The notes under the pieces: generated by a model
The model's database searches: none
Told to the model about the DNA's origin: nothing
Seen by the model: only the letters and a program-made list of their open reading frames with translations
DNA from: a virus
DNA length: 64,000 bases
IMG/VR virus record: IMGVR_UViG_3300024999_000034
Span: 32,001-96,000 of that record
Strand: one strand, 5' to 3'
Translations under genes and position numbers: made by a program
Shown: positions 10,943 to 22,072 of the stretch, in pieces
Layout: every line of letters starts with the position of its first letter
How positions within the stretch are numbered: the first letter of the stretch is position 1

Positions 10943-11983
10943 TTAAATTCTTATCATATTATTGCTCCTTATGTATTCATATAATTGATAATCTTCCTCC
11001 TTTAAACATTTTTCATATTGCTTAATTGTGTCTTCATAATAATATCTTATATAAAACATTTTCTTTCCTTCTATTTTATCACTTTCATTTGATAGAGCTA
11101 ATTTTTCAAATCCTTTAGATTTTATGTAATCAAATTCCTTTTGCTCTTGTTTGTTAAAAATAGGATTTAAATAATAATAAATATACTCTGGTCTTTCATA
11201 TAATTTTATTTCATATCTATTATTTCCTCCTTTAAATTTTCTTTGATGGTCATCTTCATCAATATAAGTTATTGGTTTTGATTTGTACATCTTTATTAGA
11301 TTATATTTACCATTAGATAATTTCTTTGCAAATTTACTTATTGTATCATCATATAATCCTATGTATTTAGATATTTCTTCTCTGTCTGGGAAAGCATAAT
11401 GAGTTCTATAATATAGAGGAATGATTTCACCAGTTGAGTAATTTACTTTCTCCCATGCAAGATAATAATTGTATTTAGTTAATATTACACAATAGATAGC
11501 CCATTCTGTAGGAGATAATGTAGTTATTATTTTATGTACAAATTCACAAGGTATAGGAGAATAACCATTTTTATCTATATGATCAATCAATTTATTATTA
11601 TATCCTATATAGAATTTTATTAGCTCATTATTATTTAGAGTAATAATATCCTTATCAATAATAATTACTTCATGTAATATTAGTTTTCCTAAAGCATCTT
11701 TAATTTTATTAGGTTTTAGATTTGTTTCTTCAGATATTGAATTTACAGTAGTAGAAACATATTCACTCTTTATTGCTCTAGACATTAAATACCATAGAAT
11801 ATACCAACCATCTATTGTATACTTATCCTTGATGTGTGATTCATTTATAGATTGATATTGTAATTTAATAAATCTAGTGTAGTCTATACCCCTTATATCA
11901 AATGTCTTGTCAAAGTATATGTATCTGGAATCGGTTGAGTTATAATATTGAGATAGGTCTTTTAGAGATTCTACTTTATTCAT
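10943..11983 (-). CDS. putative wHTH replication-initiator-like protein
   Basis: Two helix-rich segments (WYILWYLM...TVNSISEETNLKPNKIKDALGKL; LSPTEWAIYCVI...AFPDREEISKYIG); next to DUF5659 and iterons. Confidence 0.5.
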   Translation of the reverse strand: MNKVESLKDLSQYYNSTDSRYIYFDKTFDIRGIDYTRFIKLQYQSINESHIKDKYTIDGWYILWYLMSRAIKSEYVSTTVNSISEETNLKPNKIKDALGKLILHEVIIIDKDIITLNNNELIKFYIGYNNKLIDHIDKNGYSPIPCEFVHKIITTLSPTEWAIYCVILTKYNYYLAWEKVNYSTGEIIPLYYRTHYAFPDREEISKYIGLYDDTISKFAKKLSNGKYNLIKMYKSKPITYIDEDDHQRKFKGGNNRYEIKLYERPEYIYYYLNPIFNKQEQKEFDYIKSKGFEKLALSNESDKIEGKKMFYIRYYYEDTIKQYEKCLKEEDYQLYEYIRSNNMIRI

Positions 11984-12016
11984 ATTTTACTTAATTCCTT
12001 CCTTATTATGTAGTTG

Positions 12017-12223
12017 TTATTTACTCCATTGATTTAGTATTGTATCTAGTTTATTATTTCTTAGAAACATCCAATAAGTTCTATTTGTTTTTGGATTTAT
12101 TCCTTTTGCTATATTTTCTATATTATGATCTCTAATGAAACGTAAAAGATTAATACTGTAGCAAAAGTAATATGGATTGTTGTTTGGAGTATTCACATTC
12201 AAATTCATTTTTAAGTCCTCCAA
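12017..12223 (-). CDS. DUF5659 family protein
   Basis: YFCYSINLLRFI...GINPKTNRTYWMF...LDTILNQW pattern. Confidence 0.65.
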   Translation of the reverse strand: MEDLKMNLNVNTPNNNPYYFCYSINLLRFIRDHNIENIAKGINPKTNRTYWMFLRNNKLDTILNQWSK

Positions 12224-12619
12224 TATATTTTGATATTTATAATTTGATTTATTGGAATAGGATAAAAGATAACAGGGGAACGAAAATTAAATAAAACGAA
12301 TTGAAATTCTTATTTATTTAATTTTATGCTACGCAGAATATATTTATTTCTCTACTTATAATACTTATGTAAAACCTGCTATATCAATAATATTAATTTG
12401 TATTTTTCATTGCAATAAAATCATCAATAATTTATTTTTCATTTCCTCCCTCTTACTAAGTATACCATAATATCAAAGACAATGTAAATATTTATTTATA
12501 TATTTGTAAAAGAATTTATAATAAAATTAATTTAAATCTACCATGATAAAAATTTACCAGAGCAAATAATTTTAAAAACCTTGAAAGCATTGTTATGATT
12601 ATGTTACAGAGATTTGTTC

Positions 12620-12653
12620 GGATGAAGTGTATATAGTATATAGCACCTCATCC
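12620..12653. repeat. inverted repeat with TATATA core
   Basis: GGATGAAGTG-tatatagtatatag-CACCTCATCC. Confidence 0.6.
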
Positions 12654-12659
12654 ATTGTA

Positions 12660-15050
12660 ATTGTTGTAATACTAGTGAGAGTTAGGATGTAGGGATTATT
12701 TTGTTTTGAGGTTGTGGTAAATTTTTATATGTTAGTAGAAGTATGATTACATGGATTTATTATTCATAGTGATTATTCCTTTCTAGATATTAATTTTTTA
12801 TTCTTTCAGAGATTTTCACCTCTGTTAACAGTATATCATATTGGAAATTATAATGCAAGTATTTATTTTATTATTTATTAGATGGAAGATTGAGATTTTT
12901 AATTTATGCAAAATAAAATTTAATTTTTTCAAGATAAAAATATCATAAAAAATATTTTCACAAATTTTATGGAGTCGTATATGGGAGATAATTGTATCGC
13001 TTTATAATGTAAAGATACGCCCCCGTATAGTAGAAGGTATATGATATAATGGATGAAAGTGTTGTTAGAGTAGGGATTTATGAGAGGATTATATTAATGG
13101 ATGTTTTAATTTTTATAGATGAATTTATTGTAATTATTGTTTTTGGAATTTGTTCGATTGGATTGAAATAGATTTTTGGGATTTGGGAATATTGGATGGA
13201 GATTTAGAGGTGAAAGTTTATATATTTTATGGAATTTGTGTATCAGATAATTGTTGTTAGAGTGGTGTTTATTGGTATTTTGGTGAGATTTATTGTTAGA
13301 TAGTTTTAGTGATAATTGGAGATAAATTTATAGATTTTATTAAATTTTTATGATTTATTTATTAAATTTATTTGACTTTTGGATGAATTTGTGAATGAGG
13401 TTTTGAGAGGTGAGTGATTAGAAAATGTTGTGTTGATTATGTTTTTGCGAAGAAAATACGAAGGGGATTTGGGATAGAATTAGGTTGTATTGGAATTTAT
13501 TTTTTATTGAGGGAGAATTAGTATTGACAAATTTAAAATAGTATGATCGTATTCGTAAAATAAAATTACTGTCGATGAACATGTACTCTGCACATAATGT
13601 CGAACCATGTCGAAACATAATTTGTAATCCATGCCCCTATACCTGCATAGTTGGCATGGAATTTGAAAGTAAAGTCTGACGGTGATTTTTGCTATAGTCT
13701 ATGCTTATGACAAACTGAAAATAGTATGGGCCGGATATGGTGCGAACCCTGAAACCCTTACTATAGGCCGATTGTTCCTCTAATCTGAATGTAACAAAAG
13801 AGGGATGTGTTACATTCGATGAATAATTAGGGTTATAATGTGTCGGTCGGGATGTTTGGAGAGCTTAGAAGGGCAAATTTAGAGAGGAAATGATAGGAGA
13901 ATTAGAAAATGGTAATGTCCTGGGATTTGATTGGCTGCACTCGGCAATGATAATGTCGAATTGATTTTATCGGGTGAAATGAGAGAGATAATCAATTTAT
14001 TGGGCTTTGATGTTATTATCATAGGTGCAAAAAATTTTGTCGGTAAACTTTCGAGGCATATAACATAGGCGAAATGTTTGAACACTTTTGCAGTATCAAA
14101 AATATACCTAGTATATAAAAGATACTAACTATAATATCTATACTAACAACAAAAATTATACTAAGTATCTTTTATATACCAATTCAAAACTATCATATTA
14201 TACTATCACCACTACCTCATTACATGATCACAATGATCACATTCAATACACCACTAAAATGTACATACATTGTGACTACTTATATCCTACTGATTCACTA
14301 AACATTAATCCCAACTTAATTACTATACATTATACTACACTAAACTACTATGACTTAATTCATACAACTTTACTATACATTAATCCTTACTAATCTACCA
14401 CACTATAATCCATACCATTTCACTATGTATTACTCTAACCACAACAAACCTTAAAAACTTAAAACATCTCTAATCAAATTCCATACCAAAAACCCACAAA
14501 ATACGACACACCCGATACCGTGTAGAAAAATTTTACTCTAAGACACAAAATAAATATCTACATACCATTATAACCCTCAATACCTCAAACCTCTTAAAAG
14601 CCCCTTTCTGTGCCTCTGATGCAATATATTTATATTTGCATTTGTACACATATTCAACTCTATTTTCAAGTTGGCATACATATTGCATAGTATACACATC
14701 ACAACCAATTCTAATAAATACAGCACAATAAGCACAATACACTGCAATCCGGTTGACTCTAGATATCTGACAGATATAATGCTAACCTCTATTACTATTG
14801 ATCACACTCTATTTATTACCTCTTATCTTATCCATTATTGCTTCTATTTTTATCCCTGCTATCATTATACCACTAACATATCTAAACCTCTTAAAACACC
14901 ATCCTATAGCCTTACACATAAGCATATAACACACTAACCTCATTGTACTAAATTTTTCCCTGTATAATAGGAAAGAATAATCCAAACAAATCTCATAATC
15001 CATCTCTAACCCACTAGACAGATGCCTATTTAAATGGTAAAATAAATAAA
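12660..15050. other. long divergent non-coding region with G/C skew inversion
   Basis: Top strand G-rich to about 14090 (13141-13200: 18 G, 1 C), C-rich afterwards (14281-14340: 15 C, 1 G); ORFs called here look spurious. Confidence 0.8.
14111..14179. repeat. perfect 16-bp inverted repeat at the skew inflection
   Basis: GTATATAAAAGATACT 14111-14126 / AGTATCTTTTATATAC 14164-14179. Confidence 0.85.
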
Positions 15051-15082
15051 CAAAATAAATCAATAAAGGAGTTGCTTAACCA

Positions 15083-15511
15083 ATGGCAAAAAGAACTAAA
15101 TCTACTAACACACCTAGAAAATTAGAAGACACATCCTGGTTAGCTCAAATAATCAAAGACAAAATGGAGGTAGAATCTCAAAAAATGGGTTTATGGCCTT
15201 CAAATCGTTACAAATCACTACATACTCTACACATTATCGTAAATAAAGCAGACGATGAAAACTACAACAATATCTACTATGACACATACAACGGTAAAAA
15301 ATCAATCACAATATGCGAAATACCATCATTAACGATAGAATATGGTTACGACTACGACACAGAAGGAATGCAAGCAAAACTTAGAGGACTACAAGAACGC
15401 TACAAGGATGACGATGGAATGTACATAGTATCAGTCTTGACCACAAATGACTTAAACAGTGCAATGATAAAAGACTTGGAAGAATTAATGTATCAAATAG
15501 GAACACACTAA
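15083..15511 (+). CDS. hypothetical early protein
   Basis: AAAGGAG RBS, followed by terminator. Confidence 0.75.
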   Translation: MAKRTKSTNTPRKLEDTSWLAQIIKDKMEVESQKMGLWPSNRYKSLHTLHIIVNKADDENYNNIYYDTYNGKKSITICEIPSLTIEYGYDYDTEGMQAKLRGLQERYKDDDGMYIVSVLTTNDLNSAMIKDLEELMYQIGTH

Positions 15512-15540
15512 AAGCAGGTTATTTCCTGCTTTTTCTTTTT
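15511..15540 (+). terminator. intrinsic terminator
   Basis: AAAGCAGG-ttattt-CCTGCTTT then T run. Confidence 0.85.
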
Positions 15541-15761
15541 TCCTTACAATCTATTAACAATTAAATTCTAACCTCTCATACGGCTCCTAGTGGCCTCTGA
15601 TAGTAATCTATTGTCCTTTATATTATCTGTGCTACTCCAAATCAACCAACAACTATAAATATAAATATCTTTACATCTACAACATAAATCTATATACTCT
15701 TAATTAATTCAATGTATTAATCAAATACCAAAAATACATAAATAAAAGGAGTGCTTACACT

Positions 15762-16145
15762 ATGGCAAGAAACCTAAAACCAGCAAATCTCAAAAAACTA
15801 TCTCAAATCAAAACCTCTAACGGCTTCAAAATTGACTTACCCAATTACATGTATAATCCATCTTATGACCATGAATACCCAAACCTCCTAAAACTAACCC
15901 ACGAAACCACAACTGAGCGTTTTTACACCACTGTAAAATACTTCAAACGCTATAATGGAACCGGATATTATTCAACAGAAACTTATTCCCACAAAATTGA
16001 TGATTCGAATTCCTGGAGCATTGCAAACAGTCTAAAAGAAACTGAATTAGAAGAGTCTAATAGATTTAGCATGAAACATCTAATAGAACTAGCGGAACAA
16101 ATTAAACTAGAAAACATTCCGGCAATTGCTGAAGCAGCACGTTAA
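15762..16145 (+). CDS. hypothetical early protein
   Basis: AAAGGAG RBS, 127 aa. Confidence 0.75.
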   Translation: MARNLKPANLKKLSQIKTSNGFKIDLPNYMYNPSYDHEYPNLLKLTHETTTERFYTTVKYFKRYNGTGYYSTETYSHKIDDSNSWSIANSLKETELEESNRFSMKHLIELAEQIKLENIPAIAEAAR

Positions 16146-16169
16146 CATAAACCACAAAATAAAACCACT

Positions 16170-16193
16170 AAGAGGCTCTAACGAGTCTCTTTT
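16170..16193 (+). terminator. intrinsic terminator
   Basis: AGAGGCTC-taac-GAGTCTCT-TTT. Confidence 0.8.
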
Positions 16194-16281
16194 CTATTCC
16201 TCTAACATTCCCTCACCCATCCACATAAAACCTCTCACAATCAATCCTAGCACATATCACAGCAATATAAATATCATAATA

Positions 16282-16329
16282 AAAAGTGTGAAACTCTTAA
16301 TATATATAATATAGGACTTTCACACTTTT
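16282..16329. repeat. 12-bp inverted repeat with TATATA core
   Basis: AAAAGTGTGAAA...tatatataat...TTTCACACTTTT. Confidence 0.75.
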
Positions 16330-16378
16330 GAAAATTCCCATATTCCCGATCACAACAAAACAAATCCTAAAATAAATA

Positions 16379-16407
16379 TTGACATAAATTAATAACCATG
16401 CTATAAT
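16379..16407 (+). promoter_or_regulatory. sigma-A promoter
   Basis: TTGACA-17-TATAAT. Confidence 0.85.
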
Positions 16408-16574
16408 TAATTTTACCCGATTATACAGAAATAAATTTTAAAGAAAAGGAGTTGAGCGAACCATACTAATTATACAAATTGTACAAATACGTAGCACTGG
16501 TAGCACATAGGTAAGTTTATTCTGTTTATTATTGCATCAGTAAAAAATAAAATTATAAAAGAGGTATATTAAAA

Positions 16575-16892
16575 ATGAAATATAATGACTTTGAATTAAC
16601 TATATTAGATATGCTCTATAATCCTTATGGCCCTAATGGATTGGAAGAAGATCAAGAACCGCAAGTATCAAACCTTGAATACATCCTAGAATATTGTAAT
16701 GAATATTCCTTAGAATCTAATCCAGACCAAACATATCATGAATGGATACAATTATATGAAGGAAATGATTCTATAATTTTAGAAATGATTATGGAAGAAT
16801 ACATGCGTATTATTGAAAGAAGTACTGAAAAAATAGTTATAGAACATTCAAAACAAAGAATTAATATTAATCTAGAAAATGAAGGAGAATAA
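16575..16892 (+). CDS. acidic hypothetical protein
   Basis: AGAGG RBS, 105 aa. Confidence 0.7.
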   Translation: MKYNDFELTILDMLYNPYGPNGLEEDQEPQVSNLEYILEYCNEYSLESNPDQTYHEWIQLYEGNDSIILEMIMEEYMRIIERSTEKIVIEHSKQRININLENEGE

Positions 16893-16896
16893 ATAA

Positions 16897-18138
16897 ATGA
16901 ATATTGATAAATTAAGAGAATATGTAAAAACCTCCAATACAATTGCAAATTATAAATTCCTATGTGCTATTCTAGGCATCAAAGTAACTAATGGGAATTC
17001 TAAAAAATCACAATTACTAGAAATGGAAAGATACTTTAAATATCACAAGGAGGGAAATAAATTTATTATTGAAGAAATATATGATAATCCATTAAACAAA
17101 ATAGAAAATAGAGGCGGTAACAATGTCACGGAATACACCAAAATTATAGAAAACTTAATACTAGATTTATTACTACAAGGTGGAAACACTAAACAAGGTT
17201 TCGGTCTAGTATTCCTTAGTAAAAATCAATTATTAAAAGAATTCCATATGATTAATGATAATTATGTTTACTGCAAGCGCAGAATATTAAAATTATCTAA
17301 ATTTATGAATATTGATAAGGAAACAGTCGAGGAATGGTATGATCTAAATGATGATATGTTAGAAAGAAATTTACAGCAAGCTCTTAAAAGTTTAGAGAAT
17401 CAATCATTGGTGTCATGGGATAGAGAAATTACAATTGCTGAAGCAATCCCTTTAGCTGAAATTACGCATGATGGAACCGAGGTAATAAAAAGAAAATACA
17501 TAGATCAATACGACGAAGAACAAACTGATTATAAATATTATGCAAATGATGAAATAAAATTGAATTATAGAGAAGGGACTAATAAAGAAAAAGCATTTAT
17601 TTTAGAAACTGAAAAAGAAATAATGAAAGAATTAGGATGCGATAGTAAACAAAAGATTATTAAATTTGGATTATGGGATATATTCAAGAATAAAATAGAT
17701 GATATTATATTGAAAAAACTTAATATTGCATTTTACTATAAGTCCTATAAAATCCTATTTAATGAAAAACATATAAAAGAGGCTATAAACGATATTTTCT
17801 ATCAATTTGAATTAACTGAGGATGAAAAGATAGCAAGTAAAATAATACTAAATAGTGATGTAATGGACAGAACTATCACAAATGCAGAAAATAGACATGA
17901 TAAGGCTATAGAAGAGAAATCTAAAATCATTGGCAAAATGAAAAATGATACAAAAGGGCAGAGAACTATAAGGAGAACAAAAGAAAATTATATTAATGAT
18001 AATAGAGAATTAGGAAATAATCTAATAATCAAAGGTGCTGTAAATATTAAAGAAATTGTAAAAAGAATTAAATTAGAAATTAAAGAAGAAAAGTCAATAG
18101 ATGAAATATTACAAGAAATATTAGATGAATTAGAATAA
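16897..18138 (+). CDS. large hypothetical protein, possibly initiator-like DNA-binding
   Basis: 413 aa, GAAGGAG RBS, NYKFLCAILG...NSKKSQLLEMERYF pattern; bracketed by IRs. Confidence 0.6.
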   Translation: MNIDKLREYVKTSNTIANYKFLCAILGIKVTNGNSKKSQLLEMERYFKYHKEGNKFIIEEIYDNPLNKIENRGGNNVTEYTKIIENLILDLLLQGGNTKQGFGLVFLSKNQLLKEFHMINDNYVYCKRRILKLSKFMNIDKETVEEWYDLNDDMLERNLQQALKSLENQSLVSWDREITIAEAIPLAEITHDGTEVIKRKYIDQYDEEQTDYKYYANDEIKLNYREGTNKEKAFILETEKEIMKELGCDSKQKIIKFGLWDIFKNKIDDIILKKLNIAFYYKSYKILFNEKHIKEAINDIFYQFELTEDEKIASKIILNSDVMDRTITNAENRHDKAIEEKSKIIGKMKNDTKGQRTIRRTKENYINDNRELGNNLIIKGAVNIKEIVKRIKLEIKEEKSIDEILQEILDELE

Positions 18139-18144
18139 AATTAT

Positions 18145-18212
18145 AAAAGTTGGACATTTTAATTCCCCGTAATATATAATAGTATAATGGGCATATGAAA
18201 CGTCCAACTTTT
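18145..18212. repeat. 11-bp inverted repeat with TATATA core
   Basis: AAAAGTTGGAC...tatataatagtataat...GTCCAACTTTT. Confidence 0.75.
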
Positions 18213-18535
18213 TATCTATTATTTCATAATTATCAAAACTAAATCAAAAACCCTAGCTTGCAGCAGCCTTTCAATTTTGAGATAAGCTCAAAATAGCATT
18301 TATCAACTCTAATTAAATTTATTCTAATAATCCTTAAATCCTCAATAAATACAGTGATTTAGGAACGTATGTCAGCATTTCGCTATTCGCTCAATGGCTG
18401 AATTTATATTTCTAATAATTTTTTTCTTTTACAATTCTTAATAAACACTAAAATAAAATACTTTACAATCTATTATCCTATCTATATAATACTAATCAAT
18501 ATTAAAATACATAAAAAGAAAGAAGGCATTCCCTC

Positions 18536-18868
18536 ATGAAAAAATTAATATCTATCCTAACCCTAACCATATCTCTCCTAACATCTTCTATCCTAACAAC
18601 TTCAGCTAATCCCTCAATCCAACCTAACTCCGATCACTCCTACACAATGATAGCACTCGCCACAAAATCCCTCTATAATCCTTCAGAATCTTGCTATCAT
18701 ACAATCCTACAAAATGAAAATGGCGACACCTTCACAGTCCTAACCTCAGACAATGTTACAAACAAATGGTTCGAGTGCTCAGTAGATTCCAATTCTACAC
18801 CACAAATTATCACTGATGATAAAATAATTGATTTAGGATTATTAGAAGAAACAGAAAATTGTCAATAA
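18536..18868 (+). CDS. secreted protein
   Basis: Signal peptide MKKLISILTLTISLLTSSILTTSA. Confidence 0.7.
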   Translation: MKKLISILTLTISLLTSSILTTSANPSIQPNSDHSYTMIALATKSLYNPSESCYHTILQNENGDTFTVLTSDNVTNKWFECSVDSNSTPQIITDDKIIDLGLLEETENCQ

Positions 18869-18989
18869 TATATCATTATAAATTGTAAAATAAATTTGCA
18901 AAAACATCTAACCTGTGCTATTCTATTGGCATAGGTTTTTATTGTAATCAGTCCAAATCAAAAGTAAAAAGAAAGAAGGTAAAATACAT

Positions 18990-19544
18990 ATGATTAAACT
19001 TACCGAACTCAAGCGCATGATAAAATCAAACTCATTACGCAAAGCATTTTACTCCGAAGGTCTTACCAATGTAATTTTTAATTACGATAGAATGGTATTA
19101 ATTGAGTTAAAACAATGCGACCAACTCAAACTATTTAATTATCTGAAATCAATCAATTATGTCGATGACAAGTATAGTTTCGGAGAAAATGAACTTTACA
19201 CGGATTCAGAACTTAAAAATAAACTTGAAAAACTTAAAGGGAATACCTCGGAGCATATACAATGTTTGGTCGATACAGGAATACAATTCCATCAATCTGG
19301 AGCCTGGAAAGACTCTGAAAAAACATTATATAAAATTTTCAAAACTAAAAATGGACTAATGAAAATTAAAGACGAATACATTTGTTTGCTTAATCAGGAT
19401 ATTAAAAAAGGAGTAGTTTTAAAAACAAATGAAGCTCAGTCAATGATATTTATCTATAATAATACAAACGATTGCATAGGAGTATGCATGGGAGAAAAGT
19501 TTGAAATGAGCGAACTAACAGAATATACAAATTGGGGATCTTAA
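18990..19544 (+). CDS. hypothetical protein
   Basis: 184 aa, AGAAGG RBS. Confidence 0.7.
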   Translation: MIKLTELKRMIKSNSLRKAFYSEGLTNVIFNYDRMVLIELKQCDQLKLFNYLKSINYVDDKYSFGENELYTDSELKNKLEKLKGNTSEHIQCLVDTGIQFHQSGAWKDSEKTLYKIFKTKNGLMKIKDEYICLLNQDIKKGVVLKTNEAQSMIFIYNNTNDCIGVCMGEKFEMSELTEYTNWGS

Positions 19545-19570
19545 GGAGCTTTACAGCTTCTTTTTTTTCT
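19543..19570 (+). terminator. intrinsic terminator
   Basis: AAGGAGCT-ttac-AGCTTCTT then long T run. Confidence 0.85.
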
Positions 19571-19652
19571 TTCCCTGCTACAATTTCCCTCTATCTATAA
19601 TCTAACCTCTTAAATCCCTATCCACGGGCCTTAAAACGTAAAATAAATTAGT

Positions 19653-19681
19653 TTGACATTGTGCTATCTATCAATTATAAT
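19653..19681 (+). promoter_or_regulatory. sigma-A promoter
   Basis: TTGACA-17-TATAAT. Confidence 0.85.
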
Positions 19682-19724
19682 CTTACTTAGTAAATCAAAT
19701 ATAAATATTAGGAGGAATACATAA

Positions 19725-19868
19725 ATGAAAAAAGTCTATGCGTTGTGTGGAGCAACAGGTATTGTTAAAATGTTTTCCAGTAAATCAAAAGCGGAAACAA
19801 TGGCTAAAACATATAATCTTCAATGTAATTCTGATTCTTATTATGTTGAAGGTTATGAAGTAGAATAG
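19725..19868 (+). CDS. 47 aa hypothetical (not in ORF track)
   Basis: AGGAGG RBS; MKKVYALCGATG...YEVE. Confidence 0.6.
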   Translation: MKKVYALCGATGIVKMFSSKSKAETMAKTYNLQCNSDSYYVEGYEVE

Positions 19869-19880
19869 AATTAAGAAGGA

Positions 19881-20171
19881 GTGCTAAAAATGAGTAAAAA
19901 CCAATGGTATGTACATACTGAGGGTTCAATTGGTTATATTAGCCACAATCTAATCCAATATACGCCAACTAAACAAGATGCTGAAAAACTACTAAAACAA
20001 GTAAAGAAAATTGATAAACTATGTTATGTTGACTTTGTTTGGAAATCAGACTTGCACCTTCCATTTTCTAAACTACATGGTAAAATGCCAATAAAAGTTG
20101 AAAGTATAATGGATGTACTAATTCCACTAATTGAAAATGATTTAAGATCGTGGAACAAAGCATTAATTTAG
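19881..20171 (+). CDS. hypothetical protein
   Basis: AAGGAG RBS; terminator at 20170-20196. Confidence 0.7.
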   Translation: MLKMSKNQWYVHTEGSIGYISHNLIQYTPTKQDAEKLLKQVKKIDKLCYVDFVWKSDLHLPFSKLHGKMPIKVESIMDVLIPLIENDLRSWNKALI

Positions 20172-20333
20172 AGTAGTAGAAATACTACTCTTTTTCTTTG
20201 CCTATGCTCCTTATCTTATCTCTATATAATCCCTCCAGGCCTTCCACAATGCCTATTAAGCTCTTATAAATCCTATCTGATACAAATACACTCTAAACAG
20301 ATAATAAGGCCACACAATGTTTAAATAATTATA

Positions 20334-20362
20334 TTGACATTTGCTATAGTGATCTGTATTAT
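20334..20362 (+). promoter_or_regulatory. sigma-A promoter
   Basis: TTGACA-17-TATTAT followed by AGTAATTACATA. Confidence 0.75.
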
Positions 20363-20400
20363 ATTAAGTAATTACATATTGAATTAAAGGAGGCTTCAGC

Positions 20401-20922
20401 ATGTCGGAATCTAAATTAGTCGGTTATGAATGGAAAACTGAAAAAGGAGAAAAATTCTCTGCATACGATGGCGGTTTAATCCCTGCTAAAGTGTCAGATT
20501 GGAGTCAAGCAGAAAAATCCCAATTATCTGGTAAAACTATAGTACATATTTATTGGATCTTAAAAGATGGAGAAATACTTCCATTCGGTAAAAATTCAGC
20601 TATGAAGGAACTAGGAATCAAAGCAGGGACAATAAAAAAGATGGCCGAAGAATACATGTCACAAGCAAGAAAACAAGCAGAAGACTACAAATGGCTATTA
20701 AAATCTATCGGATCAATGCAAAAACATTCTAGCATTCAAAATGCAAATAATGCATATATAAATACAAACTATTCACCCATGCATACTCCGAGACCTAGAA
20801 TTAGTTATCTGGTAAATACAGCTTGTTTTTGTCTTAATAATGAATATCTAACGAGACAAAACAACGAAGAAAATAATAAGGTACTAACCGAACTAGGATT
20901 TATAAAAGTATTGGAGAACTAG
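20401..20922 (+). CDS. hypothetical protein
   Basis: AGGAGG RBS, 173 aa. Confidence 0.75.
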   Translation: MSESKLVGYEWKTEKGEKFSAYDGGLIPAKVSDWSQAEKSQLSGKTIVHIYWILKDGEILPFGKNSAMKELGIKAGTIKKMAEEYMSQARKQAEDYKWLLKSIGSMQKHSSIQNANNAYINTNYSPMHTPRPRISYLVNTACFCLNNEYLTRQNNEENNKVLTELGFIKVLEN

Positions 20923-20976
20923 AAATAGTTCTCTTCTTATAATTTTTTATTGGTAGTTTAAGGAGGAATAAATAAA

Positions 20977-21174
20977 TTGAAAAACTGGTTAAATGTAAAA
21001 ATTGAAGATTATGTGTTAACCTACAGCAAATCAAATAGGCCACAATTCCATTCTTGCAATTGGTGCGGCAATCCTGCAATTAAAATCATCACGAGAACTA
21101 GTGTAGCGACAGGTAATACTTATAGTGATTTCGCTTGTGATCGACATACAGAAGATTGGAAACAAGGAATATAA
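20977..21174 (+). CDS. small Zn-finger protein
   Basis: CNWCG...ACDRH; terminator at 21187-21213. Confidence 0.65.
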   Translation: MKNWLNVKIEDYVLTYSKSNRPQFHSCNWCGNPAIKIITRTSVATGNTYSDFACDRHTEDWKQGI

Positions 21175-21458
21175 AAATAAATCACTAGAAGGAGCTTAAA
21201 AGAGCTTCTTTTCTTTTTGCTATACATTATATCATTTCATAATCCAAACACCTTAAATAACCATTTCTGGCCTTATCATTGCTATCTGACTAATCCTGCT
21301 ATACTCACATTCTTAATTCTGTAAATACCAGAAAACTCTTGTTTTATCCTATTGTATGAAGTGTAAAATAATTATTTGTAATCAGTTGTATTTTGTTCAA
21401 TAAGTGTATATAATAGATAGTAATTACATACTGAATTTTAAGGAGGAAGTGTTATAAA

Positions 21459-21677
21459 ATGAAATGTGATGAAAAAGGAAAATCAATTATTTTGTCTTGC
21501 ACTAAGGAAGAATTAATGGTAATCATGGGAGTTTTGAAGAGTGCAGCAAATAAAGCAGATCGAGAATTAAACAGAGAAAAAGCTAACCTCTTAGATACTT
21601 TTCAGGGTAATTTGAACGCTATACAATGTGGTATGTATACAGGTATCAAATTTGATATTAAAACTAAGGAGGAATAG
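21459..21677 (+). CDS. hypothetical protein
   Basis: AGGAGG RBS. Confidence 0.7.
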   Translation: MKCDEKGKSIILSCTKEELMVIMGVLKSAANKADRELNREKANLLDTFQGNLNAIQCGMYTGIKFDIKTKEE

Positions 21678-21682
21678 AGAAT

Positions 21683-21883
21683 ATGGAACTCAAAAAACTA
21701 CAAGCAGAACTTGAAGATGCTGAAGAAAAAGTAATCGATGCCCAGGAGGAATATAATAGGATCAAAGAGGAACTAGAAGAACTCAAAGACCAACTTGACG
21801 GAGCTAAAGGTGATCTTAGAGAAGCAAAAGAATTAGTTAAAAATATCAAAGCAGAGATAAGAGAGGCAAAGGAAATTAAATAA
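21683..21883 (+). CDS. charged coiled-coil protein
   Basis: Heptad-like E/K-rich 66 aa; terminator at 21893-21917. Confidence 0.7.
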   Translation: MELKKLQAELEDAEEKVIDAQEEYNRIKEELEELKDQLDGAKGDLREAKELVKNIKAEIREAKEIK

Positions 21884-22072
21884 ATGGATACTAGAAGCTG
21901 TAAAAGGCTTCTATTTTCTTTTCCGGTACTAACTAACCATAAATCAATTAAAACCTCTTAAAACCTTATTTCTGCTGTTCTGTCGCTATTCTGTATACCT
22001 TTCATGTTCCAAAAAGATAAACTGCCCATTTTAATGGGTGAATGAAATAATAATTAAGATATAATTATTATG

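Noticed and set aside
13418-14937. ORFs called inside the skewed non-coding region
   Set aside because: No RBS and compositionally biased low-complexity translations.
18160-18200. Protelomerase (N15 telRL-like) site, because of TATAATGGGCA
   Set aside because: The centre is not palindromic and no protelomerase is seen; likely chance similarity.
16897-18868. Arbitrium aimR-aimP pair (about 400 aa protein followed by a secreted ORF)
   Set aside because: No TPR/HTH AimR pattern is recognisable, and the secreted ORF is 110 aa rather than a short pro-peptide.
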